DNA of 64,000 nucleotides, from contig NIVC01001965.1 of assembly GCA_002269645.1 (NCBI GenBank), forward strand, positions 1 through 64,000. The letters are read 5' to 3'. Origin of the DNA: Macrostomum lignano. Taxonomy: Eukaryota. This document shows, piece after piece, positions 1 to 12,469 of the stretch; position 1 is the first letter of the stretch, and the number at the start of each line of letters is the position of its first letter. The position numbers were made by a program, and so were the translations under genes. The notes beneath the pieces were generated by a model. That model was given only the letters and a program-made list of their open reading frames with translations, was not told the DNA's origin and made no database searches.

Positions 1-3000
1 AACAAATAGTCAGTCGTCCGCCTCCGCCAAAGTGGCTGTGCACGTGCTCCTCGTAGTCGGTCTGGCTAGCGAAGTCGGTCACATCGCAGACCGGACACAC
101 TCTGGCAAGCTCGGCAACCGGGGCAGGCGCGTCAGGGCAGTCAGCGGCACCTCCACTGGCGAGGCCGGTGATGACCGTCCCGGTGCCGTCCTCCTCGGTT
201 TCGTCGTCGCCACCGATCGCGTCGTGGAACTCCTCGGCTGGCTCGGCCTGCTGCTGCCGCTGCAGCTGGTGCAGCTGCTGCTGAGCCTCTTGTACTTCTT
301 CATCAGCCGCTTGTACTCCTTGCAGCCCTGCGGTGCGCGGGCGGCTGTGCTTTAATCTGGGGATCTGGGTGGTGGCTTAGCAACTGGGGATCTGGGAGGC
401 TGGCTGGCTTAGCAACTGAGGATTTAGGAGGCTGTGGCCCAGCAACTGAGGATCTGGGAGGCTGGCCCAGAAACTGATGATCTGGGAAGCTGGCTGGCTT
501 AGCAACTGAGGATCTGGAGGCTGGCCCAGCAACTGAGGATCTGGGAGGGTGGTGGCCAGCAACTGAGGATCTGGGAGGCTGGCTGGCCCAGCAACTGAGG
601 ATCTGGGAGGGTGGTGGCAGCAACTGAGAATCTGGGAGGCTGGCCCAGCAACTGAGGATCTGGGAGGCTGGCTGGCCAGCAACTGAGGATCTGGGAGGGT
701 GGTGGGCGCAGCAACTGAGAATCTGGGAGGCTGGCCCAGCAACTGAGGATCTGGGAGGCTGGCTGGCCCAGCAACTGAGGATGCTGGGAGACTGGCTGGC
801 CAGCAACTGAGGATCTGGGAGACTGGCCCAGCAACTGAGGATTCTGGGAGGGTGGTGGCCCAGCAACTGAGGATCTGGGAGGCTGGCTGGCCCAGCAACT
901 GAGAATCTGGGAGACTGGCCCAGCAACTGAGGATCTGGGAGACTGGCTGGCCCAGCAACTGAGGATCTGGGAGGGCGGCGTCCACAGACTTACCTCCTGC
1001 AGTCTGTCCTTGAACTCCTGAGTGGTCTGATGCAGGCGGTCTTCTCGGCCAGCATCTGCCTGTTGCACTCGATCACCTCGTCGTACTTGAGCTTCACGAT
1101 TCGCTCCCGGTCCTCGCGGAGTGGACTGCTTCTTCACGCCCTCGTAGGCGGTCAGCAGGCTGCCGTGCGGGCCTGCTGGACCTGCAGCTCCTCCGGAGAG
1201 GCCTGGCGCTGCTGGCGCAGCTGCTGCAGCTCGGCGAGCAGCTGAGCGGACTGGGCCTCGGCCACTTGCAGCTGCTGCTGCAGCTTCTGCTGCTCAGCCG
1301 CATGGCGCTGCTGCAGCTCGGCCTGCATCAGCTGGAGCTCCTGCTGCTGCTGGGCCCGCTGAGCTTCCAGCTGCGCGGCTGCAGCCGACTGTGCCGTCTC
1401 CGCAGCTGCCTGAGTCTGCGGGAACAGGGGACATTGCGATGTCAGAACCAGACCGTGAGATTTCAGAGTCGGAAAGTGAGATGTTAATCTCGGACACTGG
1501 GATATCCAGCCCGCCCGCTCACTCAGTCAGCTGGTCGGCCACCCGCCGCTCGCGCTGCTGGGCGGCCTCCAGCTGGCCGCTGACCGCCTGCAGCTGGCCG
1601 GACAGCCGCTCCGACTCCAGCCGCGCGGCCTGCAGCTCCTCGGCCAGCCGCTGCCGCTCCGCCGCGTGCAGCTCCAGCGACTGGCGGGCCGCGTCAGCCT
1701 GATCTCCGGCCGTCTCGGCGTCCCGCGCCACCTCCTCCAGCCGGCGCAGTAGGCGCTGCTTCTCGTCCTCCGCCTCAATTAGGCGCGCCGCCTGCACCTG
1801 GCGCCACTCATCCTGGCGCCCAAGTTCGGCGCGCAGTCGGCACGATTCCGACTCGAGTTGGCGGCGCGGGACTCCGCGCGGACAGTCGCTCGGACAGTTC
1901 GGACAGCTCGGCCCGTAGTCGTTCGGTGGCGTCCTCGCTGCCGAGCGCTGCGCCTCCTGCTCCAGCCGCATCGAAGCCAGCTGGCCCTCCAGCTGGGCCG
2001 TCCTGGGGGGGGGTGGATGGGAGCGGCAATGCTGAGTTGCAGAGCTGAGTTAAAGGGCGAATTGCAGAGCTGGGTTGGGGGCGGGTTGCAGAGCTGGTTG
2101 GGGGCGGGTTGCAGAGCTGGGTTGGGAGCGGGTTGCAGAGCTGGGTTGGGAGCGGGTTGCAGAGCTGGGTTGGGAGCGGGTTGCAGAGCTGAGTTGGGGC
2201 GGGTTGCAGAGCTGGGTTGGGGGCGGGTTGCAGAGCTGGGTTGGGAGCGGGTTGCAGAGCTGGGTTGGGAGCGGGTTGCAGAGCTGGGTTGGGAGCGGGT
2301 TGCAGAGCTGAGTTGGGGGCGGGTTGCAGAGCTGGGTTGGGGGCGGGTTGCAGAGCTGGGTTGGGGGCGGGTTGCAGAGCTGGGTTGGGGCGGGTTGCAG
2401 AGCTGAGTTGGGGGCGGGTTGCAGAGCTGGGTTGGGAGCGGGTTGCAGAGCTGGGTTGGGAGCGGGTTGCAGAGCTGGGTTGGGAGCGGGTTGCAGAGCT
2501 GGGTTGGGAGCGGGTTGCAGAGCTGAGTTGGGGGCGGGTTGCAGAGCTGGGTTGGGGCGGGTTGCAGAGCTGGGTTGGGGGCGGGTTGCAGAGCTGGGTT
2601 GGGGGCGGGTTGCAGAGCTGGGTTGGGGGCGGGTTGCAGAGCTGGGTTGGGAGCGGGTTGCAGAGCTGGGTTGGGGGCGGGTTGCAGAGCTGGGTTGGGG
2701 GCGGGTTGCAGAGCTGGGTTGGGGGCGGGTTGCAGAGCTGGGTTGGGGGCGGGTTGCAGAGCCGAGTTAAAGGAAGGGAGGTTTCAATGCTGAGTTAGGG
2801 ACGGGTTGCCATGGCCTTACGAGTCGCACCTGGCAGACACAACCACGCCCTGCAGCTCCTCATCCACAACGGACACAAAATCGTCGGCGGGGGCGGCACG
2901 AAACAGGAATGGCGGGCTGGCGCCCTTGACGAGGCCGCCGGGAGCGGCGAAGCAGAATTGGTAGAACTCGCGGGTGTCGCGGGGCAGCTGGCCGGGGCTG

Positions 3001-4617
3001 AAGACGGCCGCCAGCACCCGCTCGGACTCGCGCCGGCACTCGGCCCGGCAGACACAGTCGGCCTCGGCGCTGGCCCACCCGACTTTGAAGAGGCCGACCC
3101 AGCAGCCCTCGGACAGGTCGGCCGGGTCGCTCACCTGCGGGATTCGAACAGGAGACCATTGGAAATCTGGAGCATGACCAACGCCTGACAGCCAGCACCA
3201 CAATGAAGTTTTTATGAGCTTGCCACTATGACCCTCCCTGACTAAATCTGGGTCAGTATGACCCTCCCTGACTAAATCTGGGTCAGTATGACCCTCCCTG
3301 ACTAAATCTGGGTCAGTATGACCCTCCCTGACTAAATATATTTGGCAGTCACTAGGACCCTCCCTGACTAAATCTATTTGGCAGTCATTATGGCCCTCCC
3401 TGACTGAATCTATTTGGCAGCCACTATGACCCTCCCTGACTAAATCTATTTGGCAGTCACTATGACCCTCGCTGACTAAATCTATTTGGCAGTCACTATG
3501 ACCCTCGCTGACTAAATCTATTTGGCAGTCACTATGACCCTCCCTGACTAAATCTATTTGGCAGTCATTATGGCCCTCCCTGACTGAATCTATTTGGCAG
3601 CCACTATGACCCTCCCTGACTAAATCTATTTGGCAGTCACTATGACCCTCGCTGACTAAATCTATTTGGCAGTCACTATGACCCTCGCTGACTAAATCTA
3701 TTTGGCAGTCACTATGACCCTCGCTGACTAAATCTATTTGGCAGTCACTATGACCCTCGCTGACTAAATCTATTTGGCAGTCACTATGACCCTCGCTGAC
3801 TAAATCTATTTGGCAGTCACTATGACCCTCCCTGACTAAATCTATTTGGCAGTCATTATGGCCCTCCCTGACTGAATCTATTTGGCAGCCACTATGACCC
3901 TCCCTGACTAAATCTATTTGGCAGTCACTATGACCCTCGCTGACTAAATCTATTTGGCAGTCACTATGACCCTCGCTGACTAAATCTATTTGGCAGTCAC
4001 TATGACCCTCGCTGACTAAATCTATTTGGCAGTCACTATGACCCTCGCTGACTAAATCTATTTGGCAGTCAGTATGACCCTCGCTGACTAAATCTATTTG
4101 GCAGCCACTATGACCCTCCCTGACTAAATCTATTTGGCAGTCATTATGACCCCTCCCTGACTAAATCTATTTGGCAGTCAGTATGACCCTCGCTGACTAA
4201 ATCTATTTGGCAGCCACTATGACCCTCCCTGACTAAATCTATTTGGCAGTCACTATGACCCTCGCTGACTAAATCTATTTGGCAGTCAGTATGACCCTCG
4301 CTGACTAAATCTATTTGGCAGTCAGTATGACCCTCCCTGACTAAATCTATTTGGCAGTCACTGTATGACTCCGCCCCAACTTCAAAAGCAACCAACAGCA
4401 AGGATTTAAAATAATGTGTACACTAGATAGAAGCTGCGCAGCTCACCTGACAGCGGCACTGAATATGCGCTCCCACTGGGTAGCTGGACAGCACAGAAGT
4501 GAACACAGCGTCAGTGACAGACATGCTCATGGCGGCTTCAATATCGACCAGGCTTAGCTTTTCAATATCTTCTTCGCCACTTACTGGCGGCTGTTTCGGC
4601 TTTGGCTGGGCCTCCAT
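1..4617 (-). CDS. TAX1BP1: TAX1BP1/CALCOCO(NDP52)-family autophagy receptor: SKICH domain, coiled coil, C-terminal UBZ-type zinc finger. 5 exons (4617-4447, 3134-2830, 2002-~1522, ~1415-994, 327-<1), several apparent frameshifts
   Basis: Exons 1-2 splice in frame (CAG|gtgagc ... ccgcag|GTG) to give VFTSVLSSYPVGAHIQCRCQ-VSDPADLSEGCWVGLFKVGW...FSPGQLPRDTREFYQFCF...VKGASPPFLFR, a SKICH domain. Q/E/L-rich coiled-coil exons follow. A shifted frame near 100-30 reads RVCPVCDVTDFASQTDYEEHVHSHF (CxxC...HxxxH). Assignment is at family level. Confidence 0.85.
357..975. repeat. Intronic minisatellite, ~27-32 bp variants of GGCCCAGCAACTGAGGATCTGGGAGG(CTGGCT)
   Basis: Tandem units fill almost all of the last intron (328-993) of the TAX1BP1-like gene. 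Confidence 0.95.
2026..2765. repeat. Intronic minisatellite, 24-bp G-rich unit TTGCAGAGCTGGGTTGGG(A/G)GCGGG
   Basis: About 30 tandem copies inside intron 2003-2829. These explain the RVAELGWE / GAGCRAGL ORFs. Confidence 0.95.
3225..4360. repeat. Intronic minisatellite, 36-bp unit ATGACCCTC(G/C)CTGACTAAATCTATTTGGCAGTCACT, preceded by three shorter variants
   Basis: Tandem array in intron 3135-4446. Confidence 0.95.
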
Positions 4618-5899
4618 TTCTTGTTTCAAAGCAATTTTTCACTGTCTTGTATGTATCAAATATACGGAACTGCTTGCTTTTGTATTGCCTTTTGCTTTTC
4701 GGTTAGATCCAGTTAATTTGTGCAAGTTAGCCGGGTTCTTCTTGAGCTGCAACAAAACGAGAGGGTCAGGCAGGAAAGAAATGAAAATGCTTTGCCATTA
4801 TAGCAGCTAGTGGTGTTTCTAAAAATAGAACACACGCAATTTCGTCCACGCATCTATTTTTAGCCCAGAGTGCGTGCGGCCGTGCGGTTCGACGTACATT
4901 TTCCTCCAATGTACACTGGGCAGGCTTGGGGAACGTTGGGGCGACGTTTTCTATCTATCCCCGTCTAAAGGAATGAGCCCACTGGCGTCGCCCACGGCCA
5001 CGGGCCACGCACTGGACTGAGTGAGCCATTTTGCCCTTGCACTGTCTGTCAGCACTGTAGGTCGTTCGGATATGTAATTCTTGGCCCGTTTTTTACAGGT
5101 AAAGAATTTGAGACAACTAATTTGGAGTGAGCATAGCATACGAGCTAATAAACATTTAATTGATGTATGCAAAGACTGTCCAACAATTACAAAAGACACG
5201 AAAAACTAACTGCGGAAAAAACCAAAAAACACGAAACACGTTTAATGCTTTTAACGGTCGAATCGTGAATAAAAAGATGATTACTCTACATATCGGCAAG
5301 ACGATCCGGTCCCAAGTTACTCCCCTCAAGACTAAGTGACATAAAAACTATGTACATTAAAATAAATATCCAAAAAAAGCAAAAAAGAAAGACGAGAAAA
5401 AACTCCGTGAAGTTTTAGTCAAGGCTGGTATATTTATCCACAATGAGCGAATTTCTATATAATTTACAGAATGAAGGAATTAAAGGAATTACTGTGGCGC
5501 GCATTAAGAAAGCCATAAATGTATTCGTTCTTGATTGCAAGCTGATTAATAATGTATTAAGGTGCACAATCTGAAAAATCTTCTCGTTCTCACAATTCAC
5601 TACTCGAGTAGCATAGAGAGCATGGCATTTAAATTATGAAAAATCAACTAATATTGAGCAGATTTCTAATATAACCTCTAACATATTATGCTATACATGA
5701 CGCATCAGATTACGCTATTGCTCTTGTATTTAGCATAGACAGCAAGAAGCAGAAAGACTTCGGACACACCTGAGCTTTATCCATACCCAATAATCTTATA
5801 CGCCAGAACAATGTCAAGAGCTGGAATATGAAGGAACGATACAGCTAATCCAGACACCGCACCCCCCCCCCTGCAAGACTCAGAGACGCTTTTAGACAC

Positions 5900-6810
5900 C
5901 TGTGCTATGCTCAGATGCTGTTAGATTCTTGTTGCTATGCTCAGATGCTGTTAGATTCTTGTTGCTATGCTCAGATGCTGTTAGATTCTTGTTGCTATGC
6001 TCAGATGCTGTTAGATTCCCGTTGCTATGCTCAGATGCTGTTAGATTCCCGTTGCTATGCTCAGATGCTGTTAGATTCCCGTTGCTATGCTCAGTATGTC
6101 CAGATGCGGTTAGATTCTTGTTGCTATGCTCAGTATGCTCAGATGCTGTTAGATTCCCGTTGCTATGCTCAGATGCTGTTAGATTCCCGTTGCTATGCTC
6201 AGTATGTCCAGATGCGGTTAGATTCTTGTTGCTATGCTCAGTATGCTCAGATGCTGTTAGATTCCCGTTGCTATGCTCAGATGCTGTTAGATTCCTGTTG
6301 CTATGCTCAGATGCTGTTAGATTCCCGTTGCTATGCTCAGTATGTCCAGATGCGGTTAGATTCTTGTTGCTATGCTCAGATGCGGTTAGATTCTTGTTGC
6401 TATGCTCAGATGCTGTTAGATTCTTGTTGCTATGCTCAGATGCTGTTAGATTCTTGTTGCTATGCTCAGATGCTGTTAGATTCTTGTTGCTATGCTCAGA
6501 TGCGGTTAGATTCTTGTTGCTATGCTCAGTATGCTCAGATGCTGTTAGATTCATTCTTGTTGCTATGCTCAGTATGCTCAGATGCTGTTAGATTCCTGTT
6601 GCTATGCTCAGATGCTGTTAGATTCGTTGCTATCCTAAGTGAGGTTAGATTCCCGTTGCTATGCTCAGTATGTCCAGATGCGATTAGATTCTTGTTGCTA
6701 TGCTGAGTATGCTCAGATGCTGTTAGATTCCCGTTGCTATGCTCAGTATGCTCAGATTCTATTAGACAGCCGTTGCTATGCTCAGACGCTGCTAACACCT
6801 ATCGCTATGC
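5900..6810. repeat. 30-bp minisatellite GCTATGCTCAGATGCTGTTAGATTC(T/C)(T/C)GTT immediately 3' of the WDR24 stop codon
   Basis: Tandem array with 9-bp and longer insertion variants. Explains the NLTASEHSNK ORFs. Confidence 0.95.
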
Positions 6811-9800
6811 TCAGATGCCGAAATCCACACTGGCGCCGCACTCTGGGCACACGGAATTCTTGGAGTACCAGTCCATGAGGTGGTCAAAGTGGCCGCCGTG
6901 CTGGCAGGCGCGGGACCACAGGTAGAGACCGCGCACAGTCCGATGACAGATGACGCACAGCAGAGGGCGCTGCTTGCAGAGGCTCCTGGCGCAGGTAAAT
7001 CCCTGCTTGCTGGGATAGTTGCAGGCGGCGCAGATCAGGCTGATGGAGGTGCTCTGCTGGTTCAGCAGGGCCACGTTGGGCAGGAAGCCGCAGGCGCCGA
7101 TCAGAGCTGCGCTCTCCACAAACAGCTGGTGCGAGTGCAGCAGGTCGATGTAGCTCAGCATCCAGGTCTCGGCCACGGACTCGTCCAGCTTGTCCCGCAG
7201 CCGGTCCCCGAGCAGCAGGCCGTGGCGACAGTTTGCACGTGGCCGCAGTTCACCAGCTCGTACATCGCGTCCGTCACCATGCCGCTGAGGTCGGCCTCCA
7301 GCTTGGCGGTCAGTGGCGGCAGATCCGACGGCAAAAACTCCTGCTGGTGCTGCGGCGGCTGCTGCTGCTGTTGCTGCTGCTGTTGCTGCAGCAGCTGCCA
7401 GCTGCCCGACCGCTGCTGCCGACGCTTGCGATGCTGCTGCGCCTGCTGCGGCTTCTGCTGCCACAGGCCCTGCAGCGGCAGCTGGCTCTGCTCCAGCGGC
7501 GCGGCGCCGGTTCCGGTCCCGTCGGCGAAGAACTCCTCGTCCGCGGTGGCGGGCTCGCCGTCGCTGAACAGGTAGTCGTTCGGCTCCTTGGAGCTCGCGT
7601 CGCCAAAGCCGCCAGCCGAAGCGGCGTCCAACTCGCCGACATCCGTGTCGCCGCCAACGCCGGCCCCGGCGCCGCCTCCGTCGAAGTCGTCGTCAAGGGT
7701 GGCGCTGTCCGATTGCAGGCCGGCGTCGATAAAGGCGAAGCCGCCGCTGCTGCTGCCGCCGCCGCCGCCGCCAGCGCTGCCGCCGCCGCCGCCAGTGCTG
7801 CCGCCAAGGCCAAGGCGACGGTCGGCATCGACGTCGTCGAGCGACAGGAGGGCGGACACCGACTCGGAGTTCGGCATGTTGGCCGGCGCAGATGCCGACG
7901 CCGAGGTCACGGACATCGAGGCGGAGTTGATGCCGCCACCGCCAGCGAGCTCGTCAGCTCCGAGCTGATGCTCCGGCAAGTTGAGGCTGGCCGACGCCTC
8001 GGCTGCTGAGGCCGCGTTGGCAGCGGAAGCGGCGGCCAAGGCCTCCTCTTCGACGCCGAACGCGCAGAGCACCAGCTGCCAAAGGCAGGCGGCGCTGTCC
8101 AGGCCGAGGCCGGCGGCCAGCTGAAAGTTGTGCGCGCAAACTTCCGAGAGGGAGGCGCCGGACAGCCGGTAGTGCTTGGCCAGGTGAACGAAACTGTCCG
8201 TACCGAGGGGCAGCTTCTGGCTCGGACACCTGTACTCGACCAGGTTGTATTCGCCTGGGACTCGGATTGAATTCGAGTTAGCGGTTCGTAATGGCCGGTC
8301 AGGGGCGATTCTAGGGGACTGGCCAGGGGCGATTCTAGGGGACTGGCCAGGGGCGATTCTAGGGGACTGGCCAGGGGCGATTCTAGGGGACTGGCCAGGG
8401 GCGATTCTAGGGGACTGGCCAGGGGCGATTCTAGGGGACTGGCCAGGGGCGATTCTAGGGGACTGGCCAGGGGCGATTCTAGGGGACTGGCCAGGGGCGA
8501 TTCTAGGGGACTGGTCAGGGGCGATTCCAGGGGACTGGCCAGGGGCGATTCTAGGGGACTGACCAGGGGCGATTCTAGGGACTGGCCAGGGGCGATTCTA
8601 GGGGACTGGCCAGGGGCGATTCTAGAGAACTGGTCAGGGGCGATTCTAGAGAACTGGTCAGGGGCGATTCTAGAGAACTGGTCAGGGGCGATTCTAGATG
8701 ACTGGTCAGAGGCGATTCTAGAGAACTGGTCAGGGGCGATTCTAGAGAACTGGTCAGGGGCGATTCTAGATGACTGGTCAGAGGCGATTCTAGAGAACTG
8801 GTCAGGGGCGATTCTAGAGAACTGGTCAGGGGCGATTCTAGATGACTGGTCAGAGGCGATTCTAGAGAACTGGTCAAGGGCGATTCTAGGGGACTGGTCA
8901 GGGGCGATTCTAAATGGCCTAGATTCACAAGACCTAGATTTCAAATCAGTAAGTTTCAGCCGGGACGGTTCAGCTTTCATCTCCCAGCTCACCAGGCGTG
9001 GAGGTCCGGTTCCACTGCACAATGGTGGCCGTGACGGCGGAAGAGGCGCTGGCGGCGCTTCCTCGGTGCCTGGCACCGGCACCCGAGACGCCGACAGCGT
9101 TGGTCAGGCTGAAGTTGCGGCCAAGCGCCGGCTGCTGCTGCTGCGGGGGCGGCGGCTGAGTCTGCAGCTGCATCAGCTGCACGGACAGCACATTGGGATC
9201 AGCTGGCAGCTTCTTGGTGCTTTGCGAGGCTGCTAGGGAGCCGCGGCAGCTGACGGCCAGGGAGCAGGGGTTCACCCAGTCTGCGGGCCGGTAGCCGTCG
9301 CTGTAGTGGTGCAGGATGATGCGGCCGTCCTTGCCCACGGACAGCAGCCAGTCGGGCCCGACCCAGTCGAAGCCGGTGACCATGTCGCCCGTGTGCTCCT
9401 CGAAGATGCGGTCGGGCAGGTAGTGGCTGGCGAGGTCCCAACGTAGATGTTCTTGTCGCAGGTCTTGGCTGTGGAGGCGATGTGCATGTCGCAGTCAGGA
9501 CGCCAGCGGACCTTCAGCACAGGCGAGATGCACTGGATGGTGTCCAGGTGCCGCACGGCGGTGAAGTGGGTGCTGCTGAAGTCCAGGATGCCGATGGTGT
9601 TCTGCCGATGGCAGCCGGTGGCCAGCCAGTTGAACTGGCTGTTCGGGTGCCAGCTGCAGGTGATGACGCTGTGCTGAGCGTGGAAGCTGCGCTCCGGCTT
9701 CTGTGTGTTGCGGATGTCCCACACCTGCAGTTGGGGGTCGGCTGGGCTATTTGGAGGCGGAGTGAGAAGGCCCAGAAGAGAGCCAATCTAGCCAGATGAC

Positions 9801-10718
9801 AGACAGAGCTACAGACAACCCAGCCAGATGACAGACAGAGCTACAGACAATCCAGCCAGATGACAGACAGAGCCACAGACAACCCAGCCAGGTGACAGAC
9901 AGAGCTACAGACAACCCAGCCAGATGACAGACAGAGCTACAGACAATCCAGCCAGGTGACAGACCGAGCTACAGACAATCCAGCCAGGTGACAGACCGAG
10001 CTACAGACAATCCAGCCAGGTGACAGACCGAGCTACAGACAATCCAGCCAGGTGACAGACTGAGCTACAGACAACCCAGCCAGGTGACAGACAGAGCTAC
10101 AGACAACCCAGCCAGGTGACCTGAACCAACCTGAATGGTGCCGGACTCCTGCCCCGTGGCGAAGAGGTTCTCGTTGACGCGGGAGAAGTCGATGCAGCGA
10201 ACCGCATTGTCGCCGCCTGTGCTGAAGTTGGCGCAGGCGACGGCCTCGGTCTCCGGGCTGCGCAGGTCGTAGCAGAACACGCTGCCATCGTTGGAGCTGC
10301 TGAGCAGCAGCGGCGTGCTGGGGTGAAAAACCACGCAGTTGACGGAGCGGCTGTGGCACTGGAACATCCTGTACTTCTCCTTGTTGATGTCCAGCACGAA
10401 CACCTTGTTGTTTGTGGAGCCCCAGGCCAGCTTGGACTCGTCGCTGGGGCTCCAGACGATGTCGGCGATGGCCGTGTCTAGGCCGCTGAGATTCTGCTTG
10501 GACTTGCGCTGGTAGTTGTTGGGCAGGATGTGCATGTCGGACAGGCTGTAGCCTCCCGCCGGCTCATCTCTGCACTCGTCCAGGCGGAAGATTTTGAACA
10601 CGGTGCGGCCGGCCACGGCAACCAGACTCTTCGACTGCTGCAGGGCCAGGTACAGGTTGCAGGACGGCGTGGACCGGTTGAAGTGGAAGTCGTGCACCAC
10701 CCGAGTGCCCCCCTTCAT
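6811..10718 (-). CDS. WDR24: WDR24, GATOR2 complex subunit. Exons 10718-10131, 9724-8993, 8254-6811; apparent frameshifts near 9440 and 7225
   Basis: N-terminal WD40 repeats (VAVAGRTVFKIF, HSRSVNCVVFHP, SSSNDGSVFCYDLR, GTIQ|VWDIR, KVRWRP, NIYV/WD..FEEH). Middle region FVHLAKHYRLSGASLSEVCAHN. C-terminus WMLSYIDLL...LNQQSTSISLICAAC...CVICHRTVRGLYLWSRACQHGGHFDHLMDW...CPECG matches the WDR24 zinc-binding end. The true start could lie in an unseen upstream exon. Confidence 0.92.
8295..8915. repeat. Intronic minisatellite, 24-bp unit GGCCAGGGGCGATTCTAG(G/A)G(G/A)ACT
   Basis: Tandem array in WDR24 intron 8255-8992. Confidence 0.95.
9785..10125. repeat. Intronic minisatellite, 32-bp unit CAGCCAGGTGACAGAC(A/C)GAGCTACAGACAA(C/T)C
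   Basis: Tandem array in WDR24 intron 9725-10130. Confidence 0.95.
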
Positions 10719-10734
10719 GGCGACGGCCGCTGGT

Positions 10735-11315
10735 CCAGATGTAATTGGCTGCGGGATGCAGCACAATGGCCAGGTATGATTGGCTGCGAGATGTGGCACA
10801 ATGGCCGGATATGATTGGCTGCAGGTCGTGCAGGATGTGGCACAATGGCCAGATATGATTGGTAGTGGGATGCAGCGCAATGGCCAGATGTGATTGATAG
10901 TGGGATGCAGCGCAATGGCCAGATGTGATTGGTTGTGGGATGCAGCGCAATGGCCAGATATGATTGGTTGTGGGATGCAGCGCAATGGCCAGATATGATT
11001 GATTGTGGGATGTGACACAATGGCCAAATGCAATTGGCTGCAGGATGTGGCACAATGGCCAGATGTGATTGGTTGTGGGATGCAGCGCAATGGCCAGATA
11101 TAATTGACTGTGGAATTTGGCACAATGGCCAAAAATGATTGGCTGTGGGATGCAGTGCAATGGCCAGATATGATTGACTGTGGGTTTTGGCACAATGGCC
11201 AAATGTGATTGGCTGCAGGATGTGGCGCAATGGCCAAATATGATTGGCTATGGGATGCGGCGCAATAGGCCAATGGCCAGATATAATTGACTGTGGGTTT
11301 TGGCACAATGGCCCT
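10735..11315. repeat. ~35-bp minisatellite CGCAATGGCCAGATATGATTGGTTGTGGGATGCAG just upstream of the WDR24 ATG (probably a 5'UTR intron)
   Basis: Degenerate tandem array ending at an AG acceptor-like site (ccag|CGGCCGTCGCCATG on the - strand). Confidence 0.9.
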
Positions 11316-11849
11316 GAAATTTCTCTTTCCAAAAATCTGATTTTTAGAATGATCTTTGCCAAGAAAGGGGCAGAATCCTTTTAAGTGATATAACTATATG
11401 AAAATTAAGTACAAACAAAGTTTCATTTATAATATCAAATTTTGGCAGTAGTAAGAATCTATATTGGCTTTGTTAGATCTAGATGCAATGATAGCATAGT
11501 ACCCTAAAGGCAGTCTAAAGATTTAGGTAGAAATTCTTTGTTTAGGTTTCATAGTATTTATCAATCTATCTTAATATTGCAGCTTGCTAGAGTTGCTAAC
11601 TAAGCTCAAGAAAGAAAATAACCTAATAACTTTTACACATTGGTTATATATAAGATAGTCACTAGTTATATATAATGAGTGTCCATTTAAAGGTGTTCTG
11701 ACTTATGCTTGCTCTTAAACTTACTGTCTAATTTTGCTACCTATACTTACCTTATTGTATTATGCTCAGTTTTAATGATATTTGTAGGAAATGTTTTGCT
11801 AAACCATTGATATCATCAAGCTATTATATAAAAAAATAGTGAAAATCCT

Positions 11850-11965
11850 ATATACTAAAAATGTGATGTCTATATATATATATATATGTGATAGATTAGA
11901 GAAAAAATGGCTGGACCGATTTTGTTCGAACTAGCACTGTTCGATCAGAAATTTTCCCGTGACGG
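11850..11965 (-). mobile_element. Dispersed repeat end, possibly a non-autonomous Helitron-like family; homologous to 23265-23400
   Basis: The reverse complement GGAAAATTTCTGATCGAACAGTGC...AAAATCGG...TTTTT..T.ATCTAT matches GGAAAATTTCTGATCGAACGGTGC...AAAATCGG at about 23277. Both copies continue into a microsatellite and a TTTT(T/A)(A/G)TATAT..GAT tail. The Helitron assignment is inference. Confidence 0.45.
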
Positions 11966-12469
11966 TACATGCATCGTGGCTAAGAAATTGCTCGATGCTA
12001 AAGGCATTAAATATTCGAAAAACATGCTTTTTTGCAAAGGTCAAGCAAACTTTTTGACTTGAAATGCATTGTAAGAATGCTAGAGAAAAAACTGACTGGT
12101 TGAATTCTGACTCTGAAATAGATTGCATCATAACTGAATTGTAACTCTGACTTGAATTGAAAATGCAGTGTGGAAGCGTAGCACCAGACTTGATTTAAAT
12201 TGCGTAACCATAATTGTTAACTGATACTGACTGACTGAGAAACTGATTATGTCATAACTGCTTCGTGTGATTTACTCTATGCTTGGATTTTAAAGTGTTG
12301 AATTATTTAAGTGCAAAATTTCATGTTATCAAAACGATGAGAGCTAGCCTAGAGGTGAACAAACTGAACTGCCAAATGCAGCGACGATGGTTCGAATTTT
12401 CATAGAGTATAATTTTTTTAATTAAAGCTTTTCAACGTCAGGAAAACTAAAAGACTTTTTAAAAAGAAT

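Noticed and set aside
3135-3200. GTTCGAATCCC B-box / tRNA-like motif on the - strand
   Set aside because: No convincing acceptor or D stem could be built, and it overlaps the splice acceptor of the SKICH exon.
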